Shown here: positions 63,701 to 64,000 of the stretch, one piece after another
Numbering within the stretch: position 1 is the stretch's first letter
Layout: each line of letters opens with the position of its first letter
NCBI RefSeq assembly: GCF_964204865.1
Contig: NC_135250.1
Location: 28,582,001 to 28,646,000 of the forward strand
Origin: Styela clava
Lineage: Eukaryota
Length of the DNA: 64,000 nt
Direction of reading: 5' to 3'
Notes under the pieces: generated by a model
What the model was told of the DNA's origin: nothing
The model's input: the letters and a program-made list of their open reading frames with translations, nothing else
The model's database searches: none
Translations under genes and position numbers: made by a program

Positions 63701-63960
63701 AACACAGACACATCTCTAACTCGTAATAGAACTAAAATAAGAAAAATCAGAATAAACTTAGGGCCTAAACCTAATCTGGTACACACACTACGGGGGTGCC
63801 TTAATTCCCACTGGTTTAGTAAAAAGTATAAAAAGCTTAGCAAACTGCAAAGTAATTGCAGCAATTCCAGAAGCTACCCAAAAATTACCGCAAATCTTCA
63901 ATGCAAAACGCATGAAATCAAAATGAAAAAAAAAATGTTTGAAAATACCCAACTGAAATC
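60790..63960 (+). repeat. Local direct duplication of the CYP-D 3' flank (about 60790-61440 vs about 62990-63960)
   Basis: Shared blocks cacttagataaaatt, gaaagctccg.tgataaac, tgcaagtagactaaataaat, gcactacattttgcagacgtcaaactaacat, ccttgccgggcc. The second copy is interrupted by a MITE. Confidence 0.85.
63587..63800. mobile_element. MITE family copy, full length
   Basis: About 24-bp TIRs ggcgctgcagaagtgtgtgtacca / tggtacacacactacgggggtgcc. Confidence 0.85.
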
Positions 63961-64000
63961 GAATACCTATACAAATGGAGTAAGATTGTAACCCTCATGA

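Overview
AT-rich, intron-containing animal genomic DNA; the gene style and repeats suggest an ascidian or other invertebrate chordate, which is inference only. It contains one 515-N gap (53739-54253). All genes are on the + strand. (1) 477-6097 is the 3' half of an NLR-type (NACHT-LRR-like) gene whose LRR domain is built from symmetric phase-0 exons, four of them exactly 165 nt. (2) A tandem cluster of clan-2 (CYP2-like) cytochrome P450s follows, all with the same 9-exon structure. It comprises a rearranged CYP relic fused in frame to an LRR exon copy (9205-10911), an inverted orphan CYP exon (about 13.2-13.4 kb), intact CYP-A (15664-22378), CYP-B inactivated by an internal deletion (31028-38402), CYP-C with several disabling lesions including heme Cys>Trp (42196-51452), and intact CYP-D (55172-60405). 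CYP-C looks like a D5'/B3' hybrid produced by unequal crossing-over. Introns and intergenic DNA carry many non-autonomous DNA transposons (hAT, Tc1/mariner-like, a GG..CC TIR MITE family, DINE-1/Helentron-like) and local duplications. No RNA genes or CRISPR arrays were seen. Exon coordinates were derived by hand from GT/AG sites and frame continuity.
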